From an uncultured Gemmatimonadaceae bacterium (GTDB lineage: Bacteria > Latescibacterota > UBA2968 > UBA8231), in assembly GCA_964591015.1 (NCBI GenBank), contig CAZPXM010000001.1, positions 41,062 to 105,061 of the forward strand: a stretch of 64,000 nucleotides of DNA, read 5' to 3'. Below, one piece after another: positions 1 through 9,096 of the stretch. Under the pieces are notes generated by a model that saw only the letters and a program-made list of their open reading frames with translations, was not told where the DNA came from and did not search any database. The position numbers and the translations under genes were made by a program. Each line of letters starts with the position of its first letter. Position 1 is the stretch's first letter.

Positions 1-483
1 CGCGTTGGGCCAGCGGGCCAGGGTCAGCGGTTGGCCGGCGAAGAACAGCTCGGGGTGCGCGGGGCTCAGCGGGCGGCCGAACCCGCGCGAGCGCATGCGG
101 GGGATGCGGGTGAGCCCCAGCGCCTCGAGGTCGAGCTGCCGCACGTGCTCCCGGGCAGCGGGGCTCAGCCGGTCGCGAACCGCCGGATCCTGGACCGGCG
201 CGAAGTCTGCCACGCGGATGCCGCCCAGCAGGCGGGCGCGGGAACCCGGCAGGGAGCGCACCGTCACGGGCTCGTCCTGGGCACCGGAATCGGCGGGTCC
301 CAGTTCCAGCGGGGCGGTGAGCCGATAGTCGCCGCCCGCCAGCCAGATCGTGGTGCCGGGGCGCTGGCGGGCCGGCAGCGCGCGCAAGGCAGCGCGGGCG
401 CGCGCCAGGGTGGCGAACGGGCGTCTCTCGGTTCCGGAATTGGCGTCGCTGCCAGTGGGGGCGACGAAGATCGAGCGGGCCAC
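1..483 (-). CDS. Partial (runs off left edge) right-handed parallel beta-helix protein, GH141-like N-terminus
   Basis: Not in the ORF track because there is no stop in the window. My translation from GTG 483 (GAGG upstream): VARSIFVAPTGSDANSGTERRPFATLARARAAL...TIWLAGGDYRLTAPLELGPADSG...PELFFAGQPLTLARWPN. This is the typical 'VAP-G-D-N-GT---PFATL-RA' beta-helix enzyme start. Confidence 0.8.
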   Translation of the reverse strand, partial: MARSIFVAPTGSDANSGTERRPFATLARARAALRALPARQRPGTTIWLAGGDYRLTAPLELGPADSGAQDEPVTVRSLPGSRARLLGGIRVADFAPVQDPAVRDRLSPAAREHVRQLDLEALGLTRIPRMRSRGFGRPLSPAHPELFFAGQPLTLARWPNA

Positions 484-541
484 AGGGTACCTCGTGGTGG
501 CTGGAGGTGGAAGGCAGGCTCCCGCCGGCGGGAATGGCCAC

Positions 542-569
542 ATAATGGAGTGCGGCGCCATGCGGTCAA
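542..569 (-). promoter_or_regulatory. Putative sigma70 promoter TTGACC-N16-CATTAT for the beta-helix gene
   Basis: Minus strand reads ttgacc gcatggcgccgcactc cattat, about 60 nt upstream of the GTG. Confidence 0.4.
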
Positions 570-700
570 GCGGGGCGCGCCGGGCCGGCCCTTGTCCGCA
601 CCGGTGCAGGGGCTCATGCTATGTGTGTTCCCTGTGCGTTGACGGCGCCCGGGTGCCGCCCGAGCGCCCGGGCAACTCCTCTGGGTGGAGACTCGCTCCC

Positions 701-2596
701 ATGGTCGATGCCCTGCTTCCGAGATACGAGATCCTCGCGAACCACGCGCCGCATCTGGGCGGCCTGTGGGGCCGGCGACTGGCGGACACGGTCGAGCGCT
801 GGATGCTGCACGTCAGCGAAGACGCCCTGCTGGACGGCTTCCGGCAGCGGCCGGGCGTGCAGCCCTGGATCGGCGAGCACCTCGGCAAGTACCTGCTCGG
901 CGCGGTCGGCGCCGCCGCCTTCGTGCCGCAGGCGGCGCTGGCGGCCAGGTTGGAGCGCCTGGTGACCGCCTGGGTGGCCTGCCAGGAGCCGGACGGGTAC
1001 CTGGGCACCTACCTGCCTGCGGAGCGCTGGCAGCCCGGCGATCCGCAGCGGCCTGCGCAGGCTCCCTGCTGGGATCTGTGGGTGCACAAGTACGCCATCC
1101 TGGGGCTGCTGGCCTACGCCGAGCGCACGGGATGGGCGCCCGCCCTGGCCGCGGCCCGGCGGGCCGGCGATCTGGTGGCTGCCGAGTTCGGACCGGGCAG
1201 TCCGCGCGACCTGAACCGCACCGACGAGCACGCCGGCCTCGCCAGCGGCTCGATCCTCGAGGCCATCCTGCTGTTGCACCGGCGCACGGGTGCGACCGCG
1301 TACCTCGAGCTCGCCCGACGGATCGTCACGGACTTCTGGGAGCGGCCCGACGGGCCGCGCCTCATGGCCGGCCTGCGGGCCGGCGCGCCCGTGCACACCA
1401 TCGGCGACGGCAAGGCGTACGAGATGATGAGCTGTTTCGTCGGGCTCGCCGAGTACGCCCGGACCACGGGCGATCGCGGGCTGCTGGATCTGCTGCTGGC
1501 CGCCCGCGACCGGATCGCCGCCCAGGTGCGCTATCCGACCGGCGGGATGAGCGACGTCGAGTGGTTCAAGGAGCCCGGCCGGCTGCGCGAGGAGGCGCCG
1601 CTGGAGACCTGCGTGTCCTTCACGTGGCTGCAGTGGAACCTGCGGCTGTTCGCGCTGAGCGGGGATCCGGCCGCGCTGGATCTGGCCGAGGAGGTGGCCT
1701 GGAACCAGCTCCTGCCGGCAGTGTGTCCGGACGGCAGCACCTGGACCTATCACCTGCCGATCACCGGGCCCAAGATCTTCTCGCGGCAATGGATCCAGGG
1801 AGTGGAGGGCCGGTACGGCGGGGCGTCGCTGTCCTGTTGTCACACCAACGGCCAGCGGGCCTTGGCGCTGTTCCCGCGCTGGGCCTACAGCGCCGGCGCG
1901 CCCGGCGAGCTGGCGGTCAACTTCTACGGCGAGTCGGGCGGCGTGTTCGATGTCCCGGGCACTGGCCGCGTGCACGTTCGCCAGAGCACCGACTACCCGG
2001 CCTCCGGGATCGTCGAGCTGGAGGTGTCGGTTGCGGCCGGCCGCTCGCTCGTGCTCGCGCTGCGCGTCCCCGGCTGGGCGGGCGGCCTGCGCGTGGAAGG
2101 GGCGGACCGGGCGACTGCGGCCGACCGGCGGGTCCGCCTGGCTGTGGCCGGCAATCGTCGTCTGCGCGTGGAGCTGCCCATGGAGCCGCGGCTGGTGGCG
2201 GCAGGCGGGAGCAACCGCGGCAAGGTCGCCCTGGCGCGTGGTCCGCTCCTGTTCGCGCTGGACCCGGAGCAGGCGCCACCTGGCTGGGAGCTGGACCAGG
2301 TGGCTCTGGCGCTGGATGCCCGGTTGCCGCCGGCTGCGGTCCAGGTCGGCTCCGGAGCGGGCGGCTGGCCCGTGCTGCGCGTGCCGGTGGCCCGCCTGCC
2401 CACCGGCGTGGTGGCGCCGGCGGCGGCGCTGGCTCGCTGCGACAGGAGCGAGGCCGCGTTCGAACCCATCCTCTTCGCGGGTCTGGGAGGACGGCCGCGC
2501 GGGGAGGAGCCGGATCGCGCCGGCGCGCCGTGGGACGCCGCGGACACGGCTGCGCTGCCGACCTATCGAACCCTCTTCCCGTGGCTGCCGGACTGA
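701..2596 (+). CDS. GH127 (DUF1680) beta-L-arabinofuranosidase-like glycoside hydrolase
   Basis: WIGEHLGKY, WDLWVHKY, ETCVSFTW and SCCHTNG motifs match the Glu/Cys-Cys zinc site of HypBA1-type enzymes. ATG 701 is preferred over the ORF-track start 350. Confidence 0.88.
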   Translation: MVDALLPRYEILANHAPHLGGLWGRRLADTVERWMLHVSEDALLDGFRQRPGVQPWIGEHLGKYLLGAVGAAAFVPQAALAARLERLVTAWVACQEPDGYLGTYLPAERWQPGDPQRPAQAPCWDLWVHKYAILGLLAYAERTGWAPALAAARRAGDLVAAEFGPGSPRDLNRTDEHAGLASGSILEAILLLHRRTGATAYLELARRIVTDFWERPDGPRLMAGLRAGAPVHTIGDGKAYEMMSCFVGLAEYARTTGDRGLLDLLLAARDRIAAQVRYPTGGMSDVEWFKEPGRLREEAPLETCVSFTWLQWNLRLFALSGDPAALDLAEEVAWNQLLPAVCPDGSTWTYHLPITGPKIFSRQWIQGVEGRYGGASLSCCHTNGQRALALFPRWAYSAGAPGELAVNFYGESGGVFDVPGTGRVHVRQSTDYPASGIVELEVSVAAGRSLVLALRVPGWAGGLRVEGADRATAADRRVRLAVAGNRRLRVELPMEPRLVAAGGSNRGKVALARGPLLFALDPEQAPPGWELDQVALALDARLPPAAVQVGSGAGGWPVLRVPVARLPTGVVAPAAALARCDRSEAAFEPILFAGLGGRPRGEEPDRAGAPWDAADTAALPTYRTLFPWLPD

Positions 2597-2670
2597 CCGC
2601 GCCGGGGCAGCCGAGGTCGCGCCGTGGTGCCGCCGGGTGCCGGGCAGCAGGCCGCGCAGCGGCGTGGCCG

Positions 2671-2720
2671 GCGCGGAGCGGCGCAGGGCGGCGCACGGCG
2701 GCGTGCGGCGGCGGAGGCGG
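2671..2720. repeat. Degenerate 10-bp tandem repeat (about 5 copies, GCGnnnnGCG-like) between convergent genes
   Basis: gcgcggagcg gcgcagggcg gcgcacggcg gcgtgcggcg gcggaggcgg. Confidence 0.35.
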
Positions 2721-2741
2721 GGCCGGCATCCGGCACGGGCC

Positions 2742-4910
2742 TCAACGCGGGTCCAGCAGGAACCAGATCGCCGTGGATCGCGGCGCCAGCCGGGCGCCGA
2801 AGGCGCGGACGGCGGTGCCCACCCGCTTCCCTGTGGTCGCGTCGACCACGTCGGCGGCACGCGGCAAGGCGAACCGGCGCCTGCCGCCCTCGCGCGTGTG
2901 GCAGGCCAGCACCCGCGAGCTGGCCAGGAGCACGTCCCGGCCGGAGGGCTCGTACAGGTGCCCGCCGGCCTCTGCCAGCAGATTCCGCAGCAGCGTGCGC
3001 GGCACGAGCGGCAGGGCGCACAGCACGGACGTGCCCCACGCGCACCGACGCGCTGCCACGGCCACGCACCGTGTGCCGGCCCACCAGGCCAGCGGCTCGG
3101 CGGCCGGATCGTCGATGGCCAGCGCCAGGGAGAGCGTGGCCGGCAGAGGCAGATCGGCGTCCTTCTCCATCCATACCGGTGCCGGCCGGTAGCGCCAGAC
3201 CTTGCCCTGCAGGCCCACCAGCAGCGGATGCGGCGCGCGGCTGAAGCGGATCTCGGGCACGATGCGGCCGCGCAGGCGCACCGTGTGCATGCCGGTCAGG
3301 TCCTGGACGTCGGTGCGCAGGAGGCCGCGGTCGCCCAGGATCCCCGGGCCGACCATCCACAGCACCGTCCGGCCGCCGCGGCACAGCAGGCGGCGCACGC
3401 GCCCGCGCGCGGCCTGCCCGAGGGCGAACAGGTTGGCGGCCACCACGAGCCGGTGGCGGTCCTCGACGTCGTCCCACAGCAGGCAGTCGACGGGCGCACC
3501 GCAGTACTGCGCCTCGTTGGCCAGCTGATCGAGCACGCCGCTGCTGACGTTGTCCTGTAGACTGCGCCAGTGGTTCAGGTGATACAGGCTGCCGTCGTCG
3601 TACGCCAGGGCCAGTTGCGCCACGGGTGTTGGCCGCAGCGCCGCGAGCCGCCGGTCAGCGGTCGCCAGGCGGGCTATCTCCGCCATGATCCGCGGGTGCA
3701 GGTACTCGCCGCCCTGGTACTTCCGGCCGAAGTCGAACCACCACAGCCCGTGGTCCTCGGCCAGGGCGCGGGCCGCGTCCCGCCGGACGAGGGCGACGGA
3801 GTCGGCCGGGGTCCGCGCGATCTCGCTGCGCGTCTTCCAGTACACCTTCATGCTGCGGCCGATGTGGGTCGGCGTGTCCGCCTCGCTGAACCACAGCTTG
3901 CCGCGGCGGCGCACGGTGGCGATCAGGGCGCGGTCCAGGGCGGTGCCGCCCAGGTCCCGGCTGGCGACGTCGTACACCTGGGGCGCGGCCAGGTAGTCGA
4001 CCCATGGCGAGTTCACGACCCGCCGGAACTCGAGATGGCCGGCCTCGTCGCGCCACGGCGTGTTGAAGAAGTAGCCGTGGAAGGCGCCCGCCAGCAGCCG
4101 GCGCCCGGAGGCCTGCTTGACGATGCGGCAGCAGCCGATCAGCGTGTCGGCGACCAGGCGATGGTGGCACTGCAGGTAGTCGCGCACCCGGACCGCGTTC
4201 GCGCCGCGGCGCAGGAACCCGCGGCCGGTCTGCAGACGGTCGCGCCCGGGGACCTGGACGCTGGCGAACGAGTCCACCCGGCGACCCCAGGCCGCCGACA
4301 ACGCCGCCGCGCTGCGGTACTTGCGGGCGAGGTATTGGCGGAAATGCGCCGTCATGGCCGGCCCCACGTCGGGCAGGTAGAAGAAGCCCCAGTAGTGCCA
4401 CTCGCCGTACGTGCCGCAGGCGCTCATCATGCCGGCGATGTGGTCGCCGTACGGCGCGGCGACGACGTGCCGGACCAGCGCCCTGAGCGCGGCCGCGTTG
4501 GCCCGGCGCCAGGACCGGCTGGCCAGCGAGACCCGCAGCGGCGCGACGCCGCTGTCCAGGTCGCCGGTGTGGCAGGTCGCCGCCGGCTCGGCCAGGGCAT
4601 ATTCCACGCGGTCCTCGGGGTGGAGGAGGTACCAGAACTCCGGAGCGTGGAGATCGACGCGCAGCAGCAGCCGGGCGCGCGGGTCCAGACTCAGCACGTG
4701 CTCGACGCGCCGGTCGAGGCCATCGAAGGCGTAGCGCCCCGGCATGATCCAGCCGTCCGCGAGCGCATAGGCGATCTCGTACGCATGGATGCCGGCGCGC
4801 GCCATGGCCGCCAGCTGCGCCACGCGCCTGGGCGCCAGATAGGCGGTGGGGCTGTGACCGGGTATCGAATACAGCAGACGTCCGGGGGCTGCGGAAAAGG
4901 TCTTGTCCAT
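2742..4910 (-). CDS. GH42-like / beta-galactosidase-type TIM-barrel glycoside hydrolase with C-terminal trimerisation-like domain
   Basis: LLLRVDLHAPEFW, SLASRSW, HIAGMMSACGTYGEWHYWG and KLWFSEADTPT motifs; start MDKTFSAAP at 4910. Confidence 0.65.
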   Translation of the reverse strand: MDKTFSAAPGRLLYSIPGHSPTAYLAPRRVAQLAAMARAGIHAYEIAYALADGWIMPGRYAFDGLDRRVEHVLSLDPRARLLLRVDLHAPEFWYLLHPEDRVEYALAEPAATCHTGDLDSGVAPLRVSLASRSWRRANAAALRALVRHVVAAPYGDHIAGMMSACGTYGEWHYWGFFYLPDVGPAMTAHFRQYLARKYRSAAALSAAWGRRVDSFASVQVPGRDRLQTGRGFLRRGANAVRVRDYLQCHHRLVADTLIGCCRIVKQASGRRLLAGAFHGYFFNTPWRDEAGHLEFRRVVNSPWVDYLAAPQVYDVASRDLGGTALDRALIATVRRRGKLWFSEADTPTHIGRSMKVYWKTRSEIARTPADSVALVRRDAARALAEDHGLWWFDFGRKYQGGEYLHPRIMAEIARLATADRRLAALRPTPVAQLALAYDDGSLYHLNHWRSLQDNVSSGVLDQLANEAQYCGAPVDCLLWDDVEDRHRLVVAANLFALGQAARGRVRRLLCRGGRTVLWMVGPGILGDRGLLRTDVQDLTGMHTVRLRGRIVPEIRFSRAPHPLLVGLQGKVWRYRPAPVWMEKDADLPLPATLSLALAIDDPAAEPLAWWAGTRCVAVAARRCAWGTSVLCALPLVPRTLLRNLLAEAGGHLYEPSGRDVLLASSRVLACHTREGGRRRFALPRAADVVDATTGKRVGTAVRAFGARLAPRSTAIWFLLDPR

Positions 4911-5049
4911 CGTCGCATCAGAAGGCGCCCGCGGCTGGCGCTGGCCCGGGCAGACCACCAGGGCTGGGCGCCCAGCAGGAGGCGCGGTATGGAGGCCCGG
5001 CGGCGGCGGTGGCAGCCGGCACGGCGACCGGTCGCCGGCGCTCGCTGCG

Positions 5050-6252
5050 TCAGTAGATCAGCCCCATGTCGGAGCGGTAGTCCCGCCCGGCCGGCTCGTC
5101 GTCCGGCAGACCCACCTGCTCCCAGAACCGCGTATGGGCAAAGGGCTGGCGACGGATGTCGGGCACGTGCACCGCGGCGCCGCCCTGTTCGGCGGAACGG
5201 TTCGCCAGGATGCCGGGCAGGGTGTAGTCGGCCATGCGGTACACATCGATCGGCACCACCTCGTCCGCCAGCAGGGCGCGCGTGAACGTGATGGCGGTCC
5301 AGATGTCCGTGCCGCCGTGCCCCGAAGCCGCGCCGGCATCCGGGCGGCCGGTGCCGATGTCCACGCGCTCCCAGCCCAGCTTCTCGTCGCGGTCGCGATC
5401 GAGACGGCGACAGAAGCCCTCGTGGGAGTACCACTCGACGCTGCCTTCGGTGCCGAACAGGCGGTAGTTGTGCGCGCCGGGGCGCCGCGTGTTGAGCGTC
5501 ACGAGGATGCGGAGGAGGCGGCCCCGCGCCGTCCGGAACAGGGCGTACTGGCCGTCGCTGCGCAGGGGCGCCTCGGCATTCCACCAGGGCCCTTCCACGC
5601 AGTTGGCGCTGACCACGCGGTCGTCGAGCACCTCCAGCAGCGGTCCCAGGTCGTGCGTGAGGTACTGGATGGGCGGCTGATCGGCGCGCCACAGCGGCCG
5701 GACGGCGTCCATGCCCTGCGCGCGCACCTGGCTCGGCGCGAACTGGTTTCCCGCCGGGCTCACCATGGTCGTGGGCAGGTAGTGCAGGTACTCGCCGTCG
5801 GCCAGCGAGATCTGTCCGAAGCGGCCCTCCTCGACCCAGCGGCGCCAGTACCGCAGGAAGTTCATGAAGCAGGAGTTCTCCGCCAGCATGTACTGGCGCC
5901 CCGCACGCTCGACAGCCAGCGCCAGGTGAACGATCTCGTCCTGGGCGAACGCGCCGGGGACCTCGCTGAGCACATGGCAGCCGGCCGCCAGCGCCTGGAT
6001 GGCGTGGCCCGCCTGCTGGCGGCCGTTGCTGGCGATCACCACCGCGTCCGGGCGCAGGTCGAGCAGCTCCTCGAACTCGCTGACGATGCGCACCTGCCGG
6101 CCGGACGCGGCCACGACCCTGGCCGCCCGGTCCCGCCACTGGCGGATACGGTCGGCTGCCCCGATCACCTCGGCGTCCTGCACGCACAGGAAGTTGCGCA
6201 GGTGACTCAGACCGCGCCGCAGCCCGAGGATGCCCACTCTCAGCTTGTCCAT
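5050..6252 (-). CDS. Gfo/Idh/MocA family oxidoreductase
   Basis: LRVGILGL Rossmann start, DAVVIAS, HVLSEVP, MLAEN, YLTHDL. Confidence 0.9.
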   Translation of the reverse strand: MDKLRVGILGLRRGLSHLRNFLCVQDAEVIGAADRIRQWRDRAARVVAASGRQVRIVSEFEELLDLRPDAVVIASNGRQQAGHAIQALAAGCHVLSEVPGAFAQDEIVHLALAVERAGRQYMLAENSCFMNFLRYWRRWVEEGRFGQISLADGEYLHYLPTTMVSPAGNQFAPSQVRAQGMDAVRPLWRADQPPIQYLTHDLGPLLEVLDDRVVSANCVEGPWWNAEAPLRSDGQYALFRTARGRLLRILVTLNTRRPGAHNYRLFGTEGSVEWYSHEGFCRRLDRDRDEKLGWERVDIGTGRPDAGAASGHGGTDIWTAITFTRALLADEVVPIDVYRMADYTLPGILANRSAEQGGAAVHVPDIRRQPFAHTRFWEQVGLPDDEPAGRDYRSDMGLIY

Positions 6253-6394
6253 CGGCAGCGTCGTCTCCGCTGGTGCTCGGGCGCACAGGCGCAGGCGTGC
6301 GGCTCCGAGCGGTCATGGCGGCCGGCGACCCGGGCACGGGACGGAGAGCCGCAGGCGGCCCCGGCGCGCCGGGGCGGCGTTCGGCGCAGCGCGC

Positions 6395-6793
6395 TCAGGC
6401 AACGCCGAGGCTCAGGTCGCCGTGGATCTTGAACGTGTGCCCGTCGCGCGAGACGTGCAAGGCCCGGCCGGGGAAGGCGCGCGGCAGCTCTTCGCGCAGC
6501 CGGCTCACGACCTGCTCCTCCATCTGCTTCTGTACCTCGGGCGGCACGTGGCTCAGCGTGGCCATGCCGACCTGCACGACATAGCCGGGTCCGTGCGCCG
6601 AGCCGAAGCCGGCGGTGAACGCCCCGCCCAGACGGAAGAGCCCGCTGTGGGCCGGGTTGGCGGTGGTGCCGTGCTCGGGGCGCGCCGGATGCAGGGGGTA
6701 GCGATCGCCGTAGCGGGCCTCCAGCTCGGCGTCGATGCGGTCGAAGACCGCGCGCAGGCGCTGCTCCCAGGCCTCGGCCTTGTGGTGTCGCAT
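6395..6793 (-). CDS. Conserved-looking hypothetical protein (132 aa)
   Basis: MRHHKAEAWEQRLRAVFDRIDAELEARYGDRYPLHPARP...NPAHSGLF...FTAGFGS; GAGAGG upstream; normal amino-acid composition, unlike the GC shadow ORFs. Confidence 0.7.
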   Translation of the reverse strand: MRHHKAEAWEQRLRAVFDRIDAELEARYGDRYPLHPARPEHGTTANPAHSGLFRLGGAFTAGFGSAHGPGYVVQVGMATLSHVPPEVQKQMEEQVVSRLREELPRAFPGRALHVSRDGHTFKIHGDLSLGVA

Positions 6794-6837
6794 GCAGCAC
6801 CTCTCGCCGCGCGGCGCCGCACGGCGCCGCGCGCCCG

Positions 6838-7608
6838 CTACCGGCCCAGCCAGCCGCCGTCCACCACCAGAGTCGTGCCATGCACGTAGGCGGCGGCATC
6901 GGAACAGAGAAAGACCAGCGCCCCGCCCAGGTCGGCGGGCCGGCCCCAGCGTCCCGCCGGGATGCGCGCCACGATCTGCTGGTGGCGTTCGGGGTCCTCC
7001 TGGAGCGCCCGCGTGGCGTCGGTCCGCACGTATCCCGGCGCGATGGCGTTGACGTTGACCCCGTGCGCGGCCCACTCGTTGGCCAGCGCCTTGACGAGCT
7101 GGGCCACGGCGCCCTTGGTGGCCGCGTACGCCGGCACGGTGATGCCTCCCTGAAAGCTGAGCACCGAGGCGGTGAACACGATCTTGCCGGCGCCCCGCGC
7201 CACCATGTCGCGGCCGAACTCGCGCGCCAGCACGAACTGGGCATCGAGGTTGAGCCTGACCGTGTCGTCCCAGTCCGCGTCGGCGAAGTCGGCAGCGGGC
7301 CGGCGCCGGATGATGCCCGCGTTGTTGACGAGGATGTCGACCCGCGGCACGTCGCGGCGCACGCGGGACACGAACTCGCGCCGCGCGGCGGCGTCCGCCA
7401 GGTCGCAGGCGTAGGCCGCGAAGCAGCGCCCGCGGGCGCGCACCTCGCCCTCCACCGCGCTGCCGCGGGGCTCCAGCGCTCGCGACACGCCGACGATATC
7501 GGCGCCGGCCTCGGCCAGCGCCACGGCGAACGCGCGTCCGATGCCCCGGCGGCAGCCGGTGACCACGGCAGTCCTGCCATCCAGCCGAAAAAGGTCCAAG
7601 ATGGCCAT
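6838..7608 (-). CDS. kduD: 2-dehydro-3-deoxy-D-gluconate 5-dehydrogenase (KduD)-like SDR
   Basis: TGCRRGIG, NNAGIIRR, FTASVLSFQGGITVPAYAATKG, NVNAIAPGY, IPAGRWG. Confidence 0.88.
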   Translation of the reverse strand: MAILDLFRLDGRTAVVTGCRRGIGRAFAVALAEAGADIVGVSRALEPRGSAVEGEVRARGRCFAAYACDLADAAARREFVSRVRRDVPRVDILVNNAGIIRRRPAADFADADWDDTVRLNLDAQFVLAREFGRDMVARGAGKIVFTASVLSFQGGITVPAYAATKGAVAQLVKALANEWAAHGVNVNAIAPGYVRTDATRALQEDPERHQQIVARIPAGRWGRPADLGGALVFLCSDAAAYVHGTTLVVDGGWLGR

Positions 7609-7797
7609 CGGCACGCCCCCTCTGGCCGCCCATCCTCGCGCCCGGGCGGCGCCGGACACCCGCGCCGGCCGTCCCGGCGCCCGGCCGGCACCCCGATCCT
7701 GGCTGCGAGGCGCTCCAGGCGGTGTAATCTACCAGGCGATGCAATCTAGTTCGATACCGGGTCCGGCGCGAGGGGCAGCGGCCGCGGTCACGGCCGC

Positions 7798-7826
7798 TTT
7801 ACAGGGATGCGTGTTGGTCCTACACT
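7798..7826 (+). promoter_or_regulatory. sigma70 promoter TTTACA-N17-TACACT upstream of nikR
   Basis: ttt aca gggatgcgtgttggtcc tacact: 17-bp spacer, 5/6 match at -35 and 4/6 at -10 in a GC-rich background. Confidence 0.65.
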
Positions 7827-7946
7827 AGAGCGCGCACGTGGGCACCGGGGACGCCGTGGGAGCCCGGGACGCGGGCATCGAGGCCGGGCGTGGCGCCGGG
7901 GAGCGGGCGGCGGGCCCGCGAGGTCGCCGCCACCGCAGTCAGCAGC

Positions 7947-8405
7947 ATGAGCCAAGCGATGGGCAGCAGGGACGGAGAGCAGGAGAACGCCTCCAGGACG
8001 ACGGTGACGCGGTTCGGCGTCTCCATGGACGCCCGTCTGCTCGCGCGTTTCGACGAGCTGATCGGCCGACAGGGGTACACCAATCGCTCCGAAGCCTTCC
8101 GCGACCTGATCCGGGATCGTCTGGTCGAGGCCCGCTGGGAGAGCAGGACCCGCGACGTGCCCGCTGTCGTCGTCCTGGTGTACGACCACCGGGTGCGCCT
8201 CATCGGCGACCAGATCACCAGCATGCAGCACGACCACATGGCGCTGATCGTCTCGAGCATGCACGTTCATCTGGACGAGACGAGTTGCCTGGAGGTGACC
8301 GTGATGCACGGTCCGGCGCAGGATGTGCGCGAGCTGGCGCAGCGCATGCTCAGCCTGCGCGGCGTGAAGCACGGCCGCCTGATCGTGACGGGCACCGGGG
8401 AGTGA
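7947..8405 (+). CDS. nikR: Nickel-responsive transcriptional regulator NikR
   Basis: Ribbon-helix-helix RFGVSMD...FDELIGRQGYTNRSEAFRDLIR; Ni site QHDH...SSMHVHLDETSCLEV; GVKHGRL. Confidence 0.93.
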   Translation: MSQAMGSRDGEQENASRTTVTRFGVSMDARLLARFDELIGRQGYTNRSEAFRDLIRDRLVEARWESRTRDVPAVVVLVYDHRVRLIGDQITSMQHDHMALIVSSMHVHLDETSCLEVTVMHGPAQDVRELAQRMLSLRGVKHGRLIVTGTGE

Positions 8406-8483
8406 GGCAGCGATGCGACCGGTGCCCCCCGCCGCCGGCAACCCCCCTGGCGGGGCTGCCGCTGAACTGTGAGGCAGGTGCCG

Positions 8484-9014
8484 ATGCACGACGACAGCTT
8501 CGCTGCGGTCGTGCGGTTCCATGGCCATCTTTGCCCTGGTCTGGCCATCGGCTACCGGATGACGCGCGCGGCACTGGCAGCGCTGGGCGCGGGCCGCGCC
8601 GAGGACGAGGATCTGGTGGCCGTGGTCGAGAACGATGCCTGCGGGGTGGATGCGGTCCAGTACCTGAGCGGCTGCACCTTCGGCAAGGGCAACCTGATCT
8701 TCCGCGACGTGGGCAAGCACGCCTACACGTTCTTCCATCGCGCCTCCGGCCGGGCGGTGCGCGTGTGCGCCAGGGAGCCGGTGGGCGCGCCCGAGGATCG
8801 CCAGGCGCGCATCCAGTGGCTCCTGTCGGCGCCCGAGGAGCAGGTGGTGGCAGTGGCACGGCTCCAGGCCGACCCGCCGCCGCACGCCCGCGTGCGCGCC
8901 TCGGTGACCTGCGCCTGCTGCGGGGAGCGCGTGATGGAGACGCGGGCACGCATCCGCGACGGCAAGCCCTGCTGTATTCCCTGCGCCGCGGCGCGCGACG
9001 GCGCGGCCGCCTGA
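8484..9014 (+). CDS. FmdE family protein with C-terminal zinc finger
   Basis: FHGHLCPGLAIG, VENDACGVDAVQ, GCTFGKGNL; C-terminal CACCGE...CIPC. Confidence 0.88.
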   Translation: MHDDSFAAVVRFHGHLCPGLAIGYRMTRAALAALGAGRAEDEDLVAVVENDACGVDAVQYLSGCTFGKGNLIFRDVGKHAYTFFHRASGRAVRVCAREPVGAPEDRQARIQWLLSAPEEQVVAVARLQADPPPHARVRASVTCACCGERVMETRARIRDGKPCCIPCAAARDGAAA

Positions 9015-9096
9015 ACAGCGGCGGCGAGCGAGGATCCGGCGCGGCCGCGACCCACGAGCCGACGATCCGCGGGCGGCGAGGGCACCTGGTGATCCC

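Noticed and set aside
7660-7946. Possible NikR operator or metal/cobalamin riboswitch upstream of nikR
   Set aside because: No convincing dyad or riboswitch core was seen; only the sigma70 promoter is supported.
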